DNA from: an uncultured Actinomycetota bacterium
GTDB taxonomy: Bacteria; Actinomycetota; Actinomycetes; Propionibacteriales; Nocardioidaceae
NCBI GenBank assembly: GCA_963782155.1
Contig: CAWAIZ010000001.1
Coordinates: 31,878 to 95,877 of the forward strand
Length of the DNA: 64,000 nucleotides
Reading direction: 5' to 3'
Numbering within the stretch: the stretch's first letter is position 1; each line of letters starts with the position of its first letter. The notes beneath the pieces were generated by a model. The model was not told the origin of the DNA and did not search any database. It saw only the letters and a program-made list of their open reading frames with translations. A program made the translations under genes and the position numbers. Shown here piece by piece: positions 19,188-27,687 of this stretch.

Positions 19188-20393
19188 TCAGGGGCGGGTG
19201 ACGGTCAGGATCCCCAAGCACATCTCGTCGGTGGTGCCCTCGCCCCATACGACGTACTTGTCCGGGATGCCCTCGAACGAGGGCAGCCGGTCGCGCAGCC
19301 ACTGGACGTGCTTGCAGGTCACCCGGACCACGTCGCCGAAGTCGACGTGGACCGGCTTGATCGGCTTGTTGCCCTGGTTGTCGAAGTCCCAGACCGGGAT
19401 GTCGAGGATCGTCCTCGCCGTGGGCGTGCCCGGGTTCACCTCGATCGTGATCGAGCGGCCGAGCAGGTGCATGTGGCCGGCCACGCCGCGGATGGTGGTG
19501 GGCTCCCCGATCACGCGGTCGCAGCTGGTCACCTGGCTGGCCCTGGGCTTGCCGCCGCACAGGAGGTACAGCGCGTTGTTGGTGTTGCCGACCCCGCCGA
19601 ACCGCTGGATCACGTCGGCGATGGAGGCGTCGCGGTCGCACAGCGGGCCGTCGGCGTACTTCTTGCGGCACGGCATCTCGACCGGCGCCGGCAAGAGCAT
19701 CGTCTCCAGCGGCTCGATGTCGGCCGTGCGCGGCGCGTAGCGCAGCAGGGTGTTCGACTGGTCCGCGCCCGGGCCGGCAAGCAGGTTGTAGTGGACCTGC
19801 ATGACGATCCGGCTGCCGGCCTCGAGCCGCTTGCCGAAGCCGGGCGCGCTCAGCGACTCCTTGCCGCCGGGAGCCCAGGCACCGAGCCATGGCGCACTGT
19901 TGAGGCCGTCGTCGCCGCGCAGCCCGCTGCCGCCGAAGCAGGTCCAGCCCTCGCCGGGGGTCGTCTCGTCGAGCGACTCCGCCTCGCCCACCTGCTTCGG
20001 GGGGACGGTGAACAGGATGACGTGGTGCACCACCGCGGCGTTGCCGGGCTGCACGAACGTCCCGGTGAGGTACACGTCCTTCGCCAGGTGGGGGTCGAGC
20101 AGGAAGCAGCGGTAGTCGTCGGTGCCGGTGCCGTTGGGGGCCGAAGGCGTGTACGCCGTCGGCATCCGCAGCGTCATCCGCTTCTCGCCCGGCCGCAGAG
20201 GCTTCGGCTTGACCGCGTCAACGGCCTGCGCGTGGTCGGCGTCGAGGTCGGTGGCCGCCGTCGTCGGATCGGCCGGCTGAGACGTGCCCGGCGCGGGCGC
20301 CGCCGGGCCGGCCTCGCTCTCACCGCCGTTTCCGCAGGCGGCCAGCACGAGCGCCAGCACCGCGCCGGCAGCCGCCAGCGTCGAGACCCTCAT
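19188..20393 (-). CDS. Copper type II ascorbate-dependent monooxygenase-like (PHM/DBH-like) lipoprotein
   Basis: LAAC lipobox; DDYRCF, VVHHVILF, GHMHLLG and TDEMC copper-ligand motifs. Confidence 0.8.
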   Translation of the reverse strand: MRVSTLAAAGAVLALVLAACGNGGESEAGPAAPAPGTSQPADPTTAATDLDADHAQAVDAVKPKPLRPGEKRMTLRMPTAYTPSAPNGTGTDDYRCFLLDPHLAKDVYLTGTFVQPGNAAVVHHVILFTVPPKQVGEAESLDETTPGEGWTCFGGSGLRGDDGLNSAPWLGAWAPGGKESLSAPGFGKRLEAGSRIVMQVHYNLLAGPGADQSNTLLRYAPRTADIEPLETMLLPAPVEMPCRKKYADGPLCDRDASIADVIQRFGGVGNTNNALYLLCGGKPRASQVTSCDRVIGEPTTIRGVAGHMHLLGRSITIEVNPGTPTARTILDIPVWDFDNQGNKPIKPVHVDFGDVVRVTCKHVQWLRDRLPSFEGIPDKYVVWGEGTTDEMCLGILTVTRP

Positions 20394-20478
20394 CCCGGTG
20401 GCCCCTGTCCCGGTGGCCCCTGTCCCGGTGGCCCCTATCCCGGTGGCCCCTATCCCGGTGGCCCCTATCCAGGTGGCC
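20392..20478. repeat. 15-bp tandem repeat (VNTR), about 5.8 copies
   Basis: RTCCCGGTGGCCCCT units starting at 20392, 20407, 20422, 20437, 20452; degenerate copy at 20467. Confidence 0.95.
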
Positions 20479-20812
20479 ATGTCATCGCCCTCCCGCCGAG
20501 CACGTGCAGGTGGGTGTGGAACACGGTCTGACCCGCCTCGGCGCCGGTGTTGAACACGAGCCGGTACTCGTCCAGACCATCGCCCTTGGCCACGTCGCGC
20601 GCGACCCGGACCAGCTCCGCGACAGCCCCGGGCTCTGCATCCGCGAGGGCGGCGGCGTCGGGGTGGTGGTTCCGGGGCACGACCAGGGCGTGGGTCGGCG
20701 CCTGCGGGTTGAGGTCACGGAAGGCCACCGCCGTGTCTGTCCGCGCCACCACGTCGGCAGCGATCTCGCCCGCGACGATCCTGCAGAACAGGCAGTCGGG
20801 GTCGATGGCCAT
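20465..20812 (-). CDS. HIT family nucleotide hydrolase (HinT-like)
   Basis: DCLFCRIVAGEI, AFRDLNPQAPTHALVVP, GQTVFHTHLHVLGG, WPPG. Confidence 0.95.
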   Translation of the reverse strand: MAIDPDCLFCRIVAGEIAADVVARTDTAVAFRDLNPQAPTHALVVPRNHHPDAAALADAEPGAVAELVRVARDVAKGDGLDEYRLVFNTGAEAGQTVFHTHLHVLGGRAMTWPPG

Positions 20813-20874
20813 GCCCCATCCTCACACGGACATGCCGAGGTAAACCCCGGGCGAGGGTCAGGCGTCGGTCTAGC

Positions 20875-21453
20875 GTGACTGTTCATGCGATGGCGGGTGC
20901 GATGAGCCCGGCCCCCGCCTGGCACGAGACGGACGCAAACGGCGCCGTGGAGCAGCTGTACGCCGCCCACTGGCGGTCCCTGGTCCGGCTCAGCGCCCTG
21001 CTCGTGCGCGACGTCGGCACGGCCGAGGAGGTCGTGCAGGACGCGTTCGTGGCGATCCACCGCCGCTGGGACGGCATCCGCGACCCCGACCGGGCGTTGG
21101 CCTACCTGCGCCGGGCGGTCGTCAACGGCTCGCGGTCTCGGCTGCGCCACCTCAAGGTGGTGCGGACGCACGCGGAGCGCCAGCCGCCACCGACCGCCGT
21201 ACGCGGAGCCGACGAGGCCCTCCTGGAGACCTCCCGGCGGGAGGCGGTCCTGGACGCACTCGCCGCGCTCCCCCGCCGCCAGCGGGAGGTACTCGCCCTG
21301 CGTTACTACGTCGACCTCTCCGAGGCAGACATCGCCGAGACCCTCGGCATCAGCCGCGGGGCGGTGAAGAGCCACGCCTCGCGCGGCGCGGCCGCCCTCC
21401 GCGAGTCCCTGGCCGACCACCTCGCGGACCACCTGGAGGACCCGCATGACTGA
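20875..21453 (+). CDS. ECF RNA polymerase sigma factor (SigE family)
   Basis: AEEVVQDAF region 2; LPRRQREVLALRYYVDLSEADIAETLGISRGAVKSHASRG region 4. Confidence 0.92.
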   Translation: MTVHAMAGAMSPAPAWHETDANGAVEQLYAAHWRSLVRLSALLVRDVGTAEEVVQDAFVAIHRRWDGIRDPDRALAYLRRAVVNGSRSRLRHLKVVRTHAERQPPPTAVRGADEALLETSRREAVLDALAALPRRQREVLALRYYVDLSEADIAETLGISRGAVKSHASRGAAALRESLADHLADHLEDPHD

Positions 21454-22549
21454 CGACCCACGCCTCGACCCCAGGTACGACGCCCGGCTCTCGGAGCTGA
21501 TCTCCCAGGCCGCAGACAGCATCGAGCCCGGCGAGGGCCTGACCGCGATCCGTTCCCGCACCCGCAAGGAGAACCCCATGAGCAGCAACCCACGCAACTG
21601 GCTGTACGCCGTCACCGGCGCGGTCGCCGGCACCGCCGCCGTCATCGTGGCCATCGCCGTCGTGTCCCAGCTCAACAACGGGGACTCCTCCACTCCGGCC
21701 GCCGGGCAGGCCCAGACCTCGGCGCCCGACGCGACCAAGGACCCGTCGGCGAGCCAGTCACCCACGGACACCCCGACCACCGCAGACACCTCGCCGTCGG
21801 GCCTGCCCGTCGAGTCGGCCGTCCCGGTGTACTTCGCCGGCGACGGGCCGCGCGGCACCGTCCTCTTCCGCGAGTTCCAGCCCGGCATCGGCGCGGACCC
21901 GGTCGCCCAGGCTGCCCAGGCTGCCGTGGCGGGCCCGTCGCGCGATCCCGACTACCGCTCGCTCTGGCCGGCCGGCACGCAGGCCACCGCCTCATACGAC
22001 GGCGACGTGATCACCGTCGACCTCACCGGCCCGGACGGCTCGGCCCTCCACGACCGGCCGGCCGGGGTGTCGAAGCGCGACGCGAACCTCGCGGTCCAGC
22101 AGGTCATCTACAGCGTCCAGGGCGCGGCCCAGACCCGCGCCGGGGTTCAGCTCCTGATCGACGGCCAGCGCACCGACCAGGTCCTCGGCCAGCCGGCCTC
22201 CGAGCCGCTGAGCAACGCCCCAGGCTCCGACGTGCTGTCCCAGATGAGCATCACCTCACCCGAGGAGGGCCAGCAGGTCAGTGGCTCGTTCACCGCGTCG
22301 GGCGTCAACAACGCCTTCGAGGCGACCTTCACCTGGGAGCTGCGTGACGACAGCGGCCAGGTCGTGGCCAACGACTTCGGCACCGCCGAGGGCTGCTGCG
22401 AGGTCGACAAGCTCTTCTCGTGGACGGCCGACGTCGACCTCACGGGCGTCGTCCCAGGCACCTACACGTTCGTGGCGATGAACGACGACCCGTCCGGCGG
22501 CGAGGGCAAGGGCCCGGACGTCGACACGCGCACCGTCGTCGTCGAGTAG
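21446..22549 (+). CDS. Membrane-anchored GerMN + Gmad2 Ig-like domain protein (putative anti-sigma factor)
   Basis: Single TM; VPVYFAGD...LFREF, ITVDL, QQVIYSVQ; ITSPEEG...NNAFEATFTWE; overlaps the sigma gene stop. Confidence 0.75.
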   Translation: MTDDPRLDPRYDARLSELISQAADSIEPGEGLTAIRSRTRKENPMSSNPRNWLYAVTGAVAGTAAVIVAIAVVSQLNNGDSSTPAAGQAQTSAPDATKDPSASQSPTDTPTTADTSPSGLPVESAVPVYFAGDGPRGTVLFREFQPGIGADPVAQAAQAAVAGPSRDPDYRSLWPAGTQATASYDGDVITVDLTGPDGSALHDRPAGVSKRDANLAVQQVIYSVQGAAQTRAGVQLLIDGQRTDQVLGQPASEPLSNAPGSDVLSQMSITSPEEGQQVSGSFTASGVNNAFEATFTWELRDDSGQVVANDFGTAEGCCEVDKLFSWTADVDLTGVVPGTYTFVAMNDDPSGGEGKGPDVDTRTVVVE

Positions 22550-22565
22550 CCCCTACGCTCGCGGC

Positions 22566-23717
22566 GTGGAGCTCTCGGCCCGGACGCTGAACCGCACCCT
22601 GCTCGCGCGCCAGTACCTGCTCGAGCGCGCCACCTCGACCGTCCCCGCGATGGTCGAGCACCTCGTCGGGATGCAGGCGCAGGACAACCTGCCGCCGTAC
22701 GTCGGCCTCGCCGCCCGCCTGGACACCTTCGACCCGTACGACGTCACCCGCGGGCTCGAGGACCGGTCCCTGGTGCGATTGCTGACGATGCGCAGCACGG
22801 TGCACCTGCTGGTCGCCGACGACGCGGTCACGTTGCGGCAGTTCACCAGGCCCATCCACGAGTACGAGCGACGGGTCAGCCAGAACATCACGGCCGCCCT
22901 GCACCTGGAGGTCGACGAGTTCGTGGTCGCCCTCCGGGCCGTGCTGGCGGACGGGCCGTTGCCCGTGAAGCAGCTCGGCGAGGCGCTGACCGCGACGTAC
23001 CCCGACGTGCCCCCGCACGCGCTCGGGTCCCTGGCCCGCGTCGCCGCTCCGCTGGCCCAGCTCCCGCCACGAGGGTGCTGGAAGCAGTCGGGCGGCGTGG
23101 TGTACGACTTCGTCGACAGCTGGGTCGGCCGGCCGCTCGCCGACCCCGACCCGGCGGCGATCGTGCGGCGGTACCTCGCGGCGTACGGTCCCGCCTCCGC
23201 CGCGGACGTCACCGCCTGGTCCGGGGTCCGCGGCATCCCCGCCGTCATCGCGGACATGGCCGACCTGGTCCGGCACACGGATGCTGCCGGCAAGAAGCTG
23301 GTCGACCTCCCCTCCGGGGAGCTCGTCGCCGAGGACACGCCGGCCCCCGTGCGGCTGCTCGGCGTCTACGACAACGTCTGGCTCTCCCACGCCGGCCGCG
23401 ACCGGGTCACGGACCCCGCCAAGCGCAAGCGCTGGATGGGCGTGAACGGCGGGATGTCCTCGACGGTGTTCGTCGACGGCTGGCTGGAGGGGCTGTGGCG
23501 GGTCGAGGACGGGCGGCCGGTGGTGGTCGAGCTGTTCCGCTCGCTGTCGCGGACCGAGAAGAGCGAGCTGAACGGGGAGCTCGACCGGGTCTCGGCGCTG
23601 CTCACGCATGAGTCGCCCACGACGCCGACTTCTGGCCGTCCTCCTACGGCACGTTCGTCAGGGTTCCGGGCGCCGCGCAGGGTGACGACGAGCCCAGCCA
23701 CAGGTCGCCCGGGTTGA
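22566..23717 (+). CDS. AlkZ-like (HTH_42) winged-helix DNA glycosylase family protein
   Basis: LNRTLLARQYLL, GMQAQD (QxQ), LTMRSTVHL, RRYLAAYGPAS, LLGVYDNV; TACGCT 6 nt before GTG; low-complexity tail overlaps the convergent gene. Confidence 0.85.
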   Translation: MELSARTLNRTLLARQYLLERATSTVPAMVEHLVGMQAQDNLPPYVGLAARLDTFDPYDVTRGLEDRSLVRLLTMRSTVHLLVADDAVTLRQFTRPIHEYERRVSQNITAALHLEVDEFVVALRAVLADGPLPVKQLGEALTATYPDVPPHALGSLARVAAPLAQLPPRGCWKQSGGVVYDFVDSWVGRPLADPDPAAIVRRYLAAYGPASAADVTAWSGVRGIPAVIADMADLVRHTDAAGKKLVDLPSGELVAEDTPAPVRLLGVYDNVWLSHAGRDRVTDPAKRKRWMGVNGGMSSTVFVDGWLEGLWRVEDGRPVVVELFRSLSRTEKSELNGELDRVSALLTHESPTTPTSGRPPTARSSGFRAPRRVTTSPATGRPG

Positions 23718-25203
23718 TCGACACCCGCCACGCGTAGTACGGGCCCGACGCCGGGATCTGGATGGTCGGTGAGTAGAACGTTCCGTTTCCCTGCGGGTGC
23801 GAGAAGGCTGTCGGCCCCCCGGCACTCGTTCCGCACTGGTCCGCCTGCGCTGCGACCTCGCTCGCGTAGGGCCCGAAGAGCGTGACGCTCCCACCGACCG
23901 CATCCGCGAAGGGCAACCCCGACACGGTCACCTGGACCTGCACGTTGTCGCCCACCGTCGCGGTGGGCTGGCTGAGGATCGTCGTCGTCGTGCGTGCCCG
24001 GACCCTGGTGACGGCGCCGCAGGCGGTCACCGGCAGACTGATGGCGGTGCCGTCCACCGTGACCTGCCACGCGTAGAAGCCGCCGGCGGACGGAGCGAGG
24101 GCGGGCAGGCGGTAGCTCCCGACACCTGCCACCGTCATGGTCGTCGTGCCGACCGGCGGGCCGGAGCAGACGGCCGCGGACGCGGACTGGAACGGCCCGA
24201 GCAGGGCAGCCGTCGCCTGACGCGGGCTGCCGTCCCCGGCGACCGTCGCAGTCACGGCGGCCTGACCGCCGACGACCAGGTTGTCGGGAGTGGCCTGCAA
24301 CGACATCGTCTGCGGCCCTCGCACGGCGGTGCGAGCGCTCGCCTGTACCGTCCGCCGGACTCCTCCCTCGGCGGCCGCGGCCTGGCCGCGTCTGACCGGC
24401 TTGCGCAGGTAGAGGCGGTGTTCGGGCACCTGGCCGACGCTGGCCGTGACGTCCTGCCAGCCCTGCTGGGTCGCCGGCAATCGTGACACCGCCCGGCCGT
24501 CGTCACCGCTGACGGCGTGGACCGTCGCGGCGCCGGGCATGGACACCGCGACCGGGAGCCCCGAGGCGGGTCGGTGGTGGCCGGCGGTGACCTTGACCGT
24601 CACCGCGATCGTGCCGCCCACGTCGGCGCTGGTGGCCGTCACCGTCACCCGGTAGACGCCCGCGAACTTGCGGCTCTGTACCAGCATGATCTTGGCGAAC
24701 CTCCGCACCGATGCCGGGTCGCCGCTGTGCTGGATCCGGGCCGTCCCGCGCGGGTGGCCGATCCGCCACCGGCCGCCTGCCAGCAGGTGATACACGACTG
24801 CGTCGACGGCGGCAGCCTGCAGGGCGTCCTTGTAGCCGCCGTACTTGGACAGCACCCATGCCGCCCGCGTGGTCGCCCGACGCGAGGCTCCTCGGGACTT
24901 GTCGAGGTCTGCTTCGGCGCGCGCCGCGTAGTAGCCGCGTCGGTTCGGGTGTCTGGTCGGCGTGACCACGAAGATGGGGGTGTCGCCGATCCTGTAGCCG
25001 CCCATCCAGCCGCCGTCGGCGTGGCCGTTGCGTGGGATGCGGTAGCCGGTCCATCGATGCGCCCGGTGCACGGCGGACGACGCCCCGACCGGTGCGGCGT
25101 CGGCGGAACGTTGGTGCACCGCCGGCAGGCCCGCCGCGACGAGCAGAAGAGCCATGAGCAAGGTCGGCCGCCAGGCGAGCGATATGCGGGCGTTCTCGGG
25201 CAT
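23644..25203 (-). CDS. Secreted adhesin-like protein (degenerate thioester-domain-like N-terminus + two Cys-containing Ig-like repeats)
   Basis: Signal peptide; AWVLSKYG...LQAAAVDAVVYHLL; repeated GP[FY]...C...G[FY]Y[AW]W...C units; GAGGAG SD just after the upstream stop. Confidence 0.6.
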   Translation of the reverse strand: MPENARISLAWRPTLLMALLLVAAGLPAVHQRSADAAPVGASSAVHRAHRWTGYRIPRNGHADGGWMGGYRIGDTPIFVVTPTRHPNRRGYYAARAEADLDKSRGASRRATTRAAWVLSKYGGYKDALQAAAVDAVVYHLLAGGRWRIGHPRGTARIQHSGDPASVRRFAKIMLVQSRKFAGVYRVTVTATSADVGGTIAVTVKVTAGHHRPASGLPVAVSMPGAATVHAVSGDDGRAVSRLPATQQGWQDVTASVGQVPEHRLYLRKPVRRGQAAAAEGGVRRTVQASARTAVRGPQTMSLQATPDNLVVGGQAAVTATVAGDGSPRQATAALLGPFQSASAAVCSGPPVGTTTMTVAGVGSYRLPALAPSAGGFYAWQVTVDGTAISLPVTACGAVTRVRARTTTTILSQPTATVGDNVQVQVTVSGLPFADAVGGSVTLFGPYASEVAAQADQCGTSAGGPTAFSHPQGNGTFYSPTIQIPASGPYYAWRVSINPGDLWLGSSSPCAAPGTLTNVP

Positions 25204-25214
25204 GGTCTGCCTCC

Positions 25215-26879
25215 TCACCCGACCGGAGGCGGTGCCACCGTGCCGGGATCCGTGGGGTTCCCGGTCGGGTGGGGCTGGGAAGTCGGGCTGGGCTGTGCGG
25301 TCGGGCTGGGTTGAGCGGTCGGGCTGGGTTGAGCGGTCGGGCTGGGTTGAGCGGTCGGGCTGGGTTGCGGAGTCGGGCTGGGCTGCGGAGTCGGGCTGGG
25401 CTCAGGAGTCGGAGTTGGCTGCGGAGTCGGGCTGGGTTCAGGAGTCGGAGTTGGCTGGTCCGACGGGCTGGGCCGCGGCGACGGGGTGGGGTCCTCGGTG
25501 GCGGTGGGCGTCGACGTCGCCGTGGGCGAGGTGGGGGGTGGTGGGACCCACACCCGGCCGGACACGGGGTCGACGTCCGGCGACGTGGCCCTCCACGATG
25601 CCCAACCCGCGGGCAGGCCCTCCAGGACGACCCGACGTCCGTCGCGGCTCGTCACCAGCAGGGTCCGGACGATGGGAGCACCTGTGGTGCCCTTGATGGT
25701 GAGCTTGACCGATGCCGGCAGGGAGGCCGCACTCAAGACGAACCTGGCCACGCCGGGCAACGCGCCGGCCGGTTGGACACTGAGCCCTTGCCCCACCCGG
25801 TCCAGGACGTTGCCGCCGTCCCCCGCGCCGCCGAGGCGGCCGGACTGGTCCCTCGATCCCGTCGTCAGGGTGCCGGCCTCCGGTCCACCTTCGCCTCGGT
25901 CAGGGCCGCCGATGGCCACCACGAGGGACACGCCGAGCAGCAGCACCGCCGCTCCGACCAGCCCCACGAGGACACGCGCGCTGCCGCCAGTCGTGGGCAC
26001 CTCTCGAGCCGGACCGGGAGGCGGCGTGGCGACGTCGGGGAGGACGGTCGGTTGCCGGGCCGGTGGTGGTGGAGGGGCAGCAGGTGGAGCCGGGAGGCGT
26101 GCCGGTGGAGGTGCCGGTGGCGGTGCGTGCGGAACGGAGGTGGCGTCCCCGACGCGGTTCGTCCCGACGGCTGATTCGACCAGCTCCAGGATCCGGTCCG
26201 ACGGGGCGACCCCGACGTGTTCCCACGTGGCTTCGCGATAGCGCCGGAACTCCGCCACCACACCGGCGAGGTCTCCTCGTGCCAGGTGCGCGCGCAGAGC
26301 GACCTCGCAAGCCGCCTCCGAATAGGGCTCGATCTCGGTCGCGGACCGGGTTGCGTCGATGGCGAGCTCCAGCTCTCCACGGTCCAGCGCCTGCCGCGAG
26401 ATCCGGTCGAGGGCACGCAGCCGCATCTGCCCGAGGCTCTCGCGCTCGGCCAGGACCCAGTCGTCGTACCAGCCGGGCAGCAGCTCCGGACCGCTGAGCA
26501 GTGAGAGCAGGCGGGACTGCTCGTCGTCGGACTCGGGAAGCTCGGAGACCTCCGCGGCGCGACAGACCTCCGCCACGTCGACGTCGATGTCCGGGTCCAG
26601 GCCGACGAAGGCGCGCCCGGCGTGCAACAGGCCAGGCCGAGCGTGTTGGGTCTGCATCACCGCCCGGCGCAGGCTCCCGAGCGCTCGCTCGTCGGTGCTC
26701 TCGGGCCACAGCAGGCCGGCCACGTGCGGCCGGGCCCGCTCACCGCTCAGTCCCAGGAGCGCGACCAGCCGCTGCTCGCGATGGCTGAGCCGCAGCTCGG
26801 CCCCGTTGTCGACGAGCAGCCAACCCCCGAGCAGGCGCAGGCTGGTGCGGCGCCGATATGCACTCTCCCCCTCTGGCAT
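25215..26879 (-). CDS. SARP/BTAD transcriptional regulator fused to TM helix, extracellular domain and Pro/Thr repeat tail
   Basis: LRLLGGW, LLWPES, SLRRAV, LLPGWYDDWVLAERE, EPYSEAA (wHTH-BTAD); VLVGLVGAAVLLLGVSLVVAIGG TM; (P[ST]PT[AP][QE])n. Confidence 0.85.
   Translation of the reverse strand: MPEGESAYRRRTSLRLLGGWLLVDNGAELRLSHREQRLVALLGLSGERARPHVAGLLWPESTDERALGSLRRAVMQTQHARPGLLHAGRAFVGLDPDIDVDVAEVCRAAEVSELPESDDEQSRLLSLLSGPELLPGWYDDWVLAERESLGQMRLRALDRISRQALDRGELELAIDATRSATEIEPYSEAACEVALRAHLARGDLAGVVAEFRRYREATWEHVGVAPSDRILELVESAVGTNRVGDATSVPHAPPPAPPPARLPAPPAAPPPPPARQPTVLPDVATPPPGPAREVPTTGGSARVLVGLVGAAVLLLGVSLVVAIGGPDRGEGGPEAGTLTTGSRDQSGRLGGAGDGGNVLDRVGQGLSVQPAGALPGVARFVLSAASLPASVKLTIKGTTGAPIVRTLLVTSRDGRRVVLEGLPAGWASWRATSPDVDPVSGRVWVPPPPTSPTATSTPTATEDPTPSPRPSPSDQPTPTPEPSPTPQPTPTPEPSPTPQPSPTPQPSPTAQPSPTAQPSPTAQPSPTAQPSPTSQPHPTGNPTDPGTVAPPPVG
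25275..25470. repeat. 18-bp coding tandem repeat (QPSPTA/EPSPTP) in regulator tail
   Basis: GGTCGGGCTGGGYTGWGC-type units repeated about ten times. Confidence 0.85.
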
Positions 26880-27054
26880 GGCCAGCCTCCCGGAAGCGCT
26901 TCCCCTCCCGGAGTACAGACCGCACGCCATGGACCGCTAGCACGCCGGGCGAGTTGAGGCTCTGCAGCCGGCAGGGGGTTAACCCCCCATCATCGCCACA
27001 CGCCGCGTGACCGGGCGAGGGTGGTCTAGACCGGGAGCGTGATCGGACGGGGTT

Positions 27055-27072
27055 GTCACGCTGCCGTCACGC
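27055..27072 (+). promoter_or_regulatory. Candidate SARP binding site (heptamer direct repeat, 11-bp period)
   Basis: GTCACGC at 27055 and 27066; SARP operators are typically heptamers repeated one helical turn apart. Confidence 0.35.
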
Positions 27073-27141
27073 CCCGGGTGGGTCCAATTCCTCTCGCGCA
27101 CCACGTCCGCGCGCACCACTTCATGGGGGGAGGTGAACACC

Positions 27142-27336
27142 ATGCGGGAACTCAACTTCACTGAACTCGAGGCCGAGCACATCGAGCTGCTTCCGACCCG
27201 GGAGACCATGAACGTCTTCGGCAGCAACTGGGCCGGGATCGTTGCGACCAACTCGTCGCTGGCACTCAACGCCGCGTCGCTGGGATCGCTGGCCAACAGC
27301 GCAGCCGTCCAGACGATCGTCGTCACCCAGAGCTGA
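27142..27336 (+). CDS. Leader-core precursor peptide 1 (64 aa; LPTRETM leader end)
   Basis: GGAGGTG SD 6 nt before ATG; acidic leader MRELNFTELEAEHIELLPTRETM; uncharged N/A/S/V-rich core. Confidence 0.85.
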   Translation: MRELNFTELEAEHIELLPTRETMNVFGSNWAGIVATNSSLALNAASLGSLANSAAVQTIVVTQS

Positions 27337-27344
27337 TCCGTCGC

Positions 27345-27371
27345 GCGTGGCCCCCTTCGCGGGGGCCACGC
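27345..27371 (+). terminator. GC-rich stem-loop between the two peptide genes (attenuator/mRNA stabiliser)
   Basis: GCGTGGCCCCC-TTCGC-GGGGGCCACGC, 11-bp perfect stem, no U-tract. Confidence 0.7.
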
Positions 27372-27409
27372 CTCGACACCCGAGCTCTCGGAGGAAGGGG
27401 TGAACGGAA

Positions 27410-27613
27410 ATGATCCGACCTGAGGTTTCTACCGCTGACCTCGACGCCCAGATGGCAATGGCACTGCCTCGCCGCGAGACGTTGACGTGCTATTTCGCCT
27501 GCGTGAACGTCGTCGCAGGCGTCAACCTCGCCATCGCCGTCAACGCCGCCACCATCAACTCGCAGGCCAACGCGGTCGCGATGCAGTACCTCGCCGGGGT
27601 CCAGATGCCCTGA
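27410..27613 (+). CDS. Leader-core precursor peptide 2 (67 aa; LPRRETL leader end)
   Basis: GGAGGAAGG SD; leader MIRPEVSTADLDAQMAMALPRRETL; core TCYFACVNVVAGVNLAIAVNAATINSQANAVAMQYLAGVQMP homologous to peptide 1. Confidence 0.85.
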   Translation: MIRPEVSTADLDAQMAMALPRRETLTCYFACVNVVAGVNLAIAVNAATINSQANAVAMQYLAGVQMP

Positions 27614-27687
27614 TCGAGACAGGCGGCGGGTGTGTTGCTCTGGCGCGCCCGCCGTCCTCGCTCCTACACCCAGAGCACACCAGAGCG

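Noticed and set aside
20394-20480. Collagen-like GATG/GATI N-terminal extension of the monooxygenase (track ORF start 20480)
   Set aside because: It is the translation of the 15-bp VNTR; the lipoprotein signal peptide begins at ATG 20393. Use of the upstream ATG is not excluded but is unsupported.
25275-25470. Independent non-coding repeat element
   Set aside because: Fully explained as the coding Pro/Thr linker of the SARP fusion.
27142-27613. Lanthipeptide, thiopeptide or sactipeptide precursors
   Set aside because: No LanB/C/M/KC, YcaO or SPASM radical SAM enzyme is in the locus; peptide 1 has no Cys; the only rSAM in the window is housekeeping HemW.
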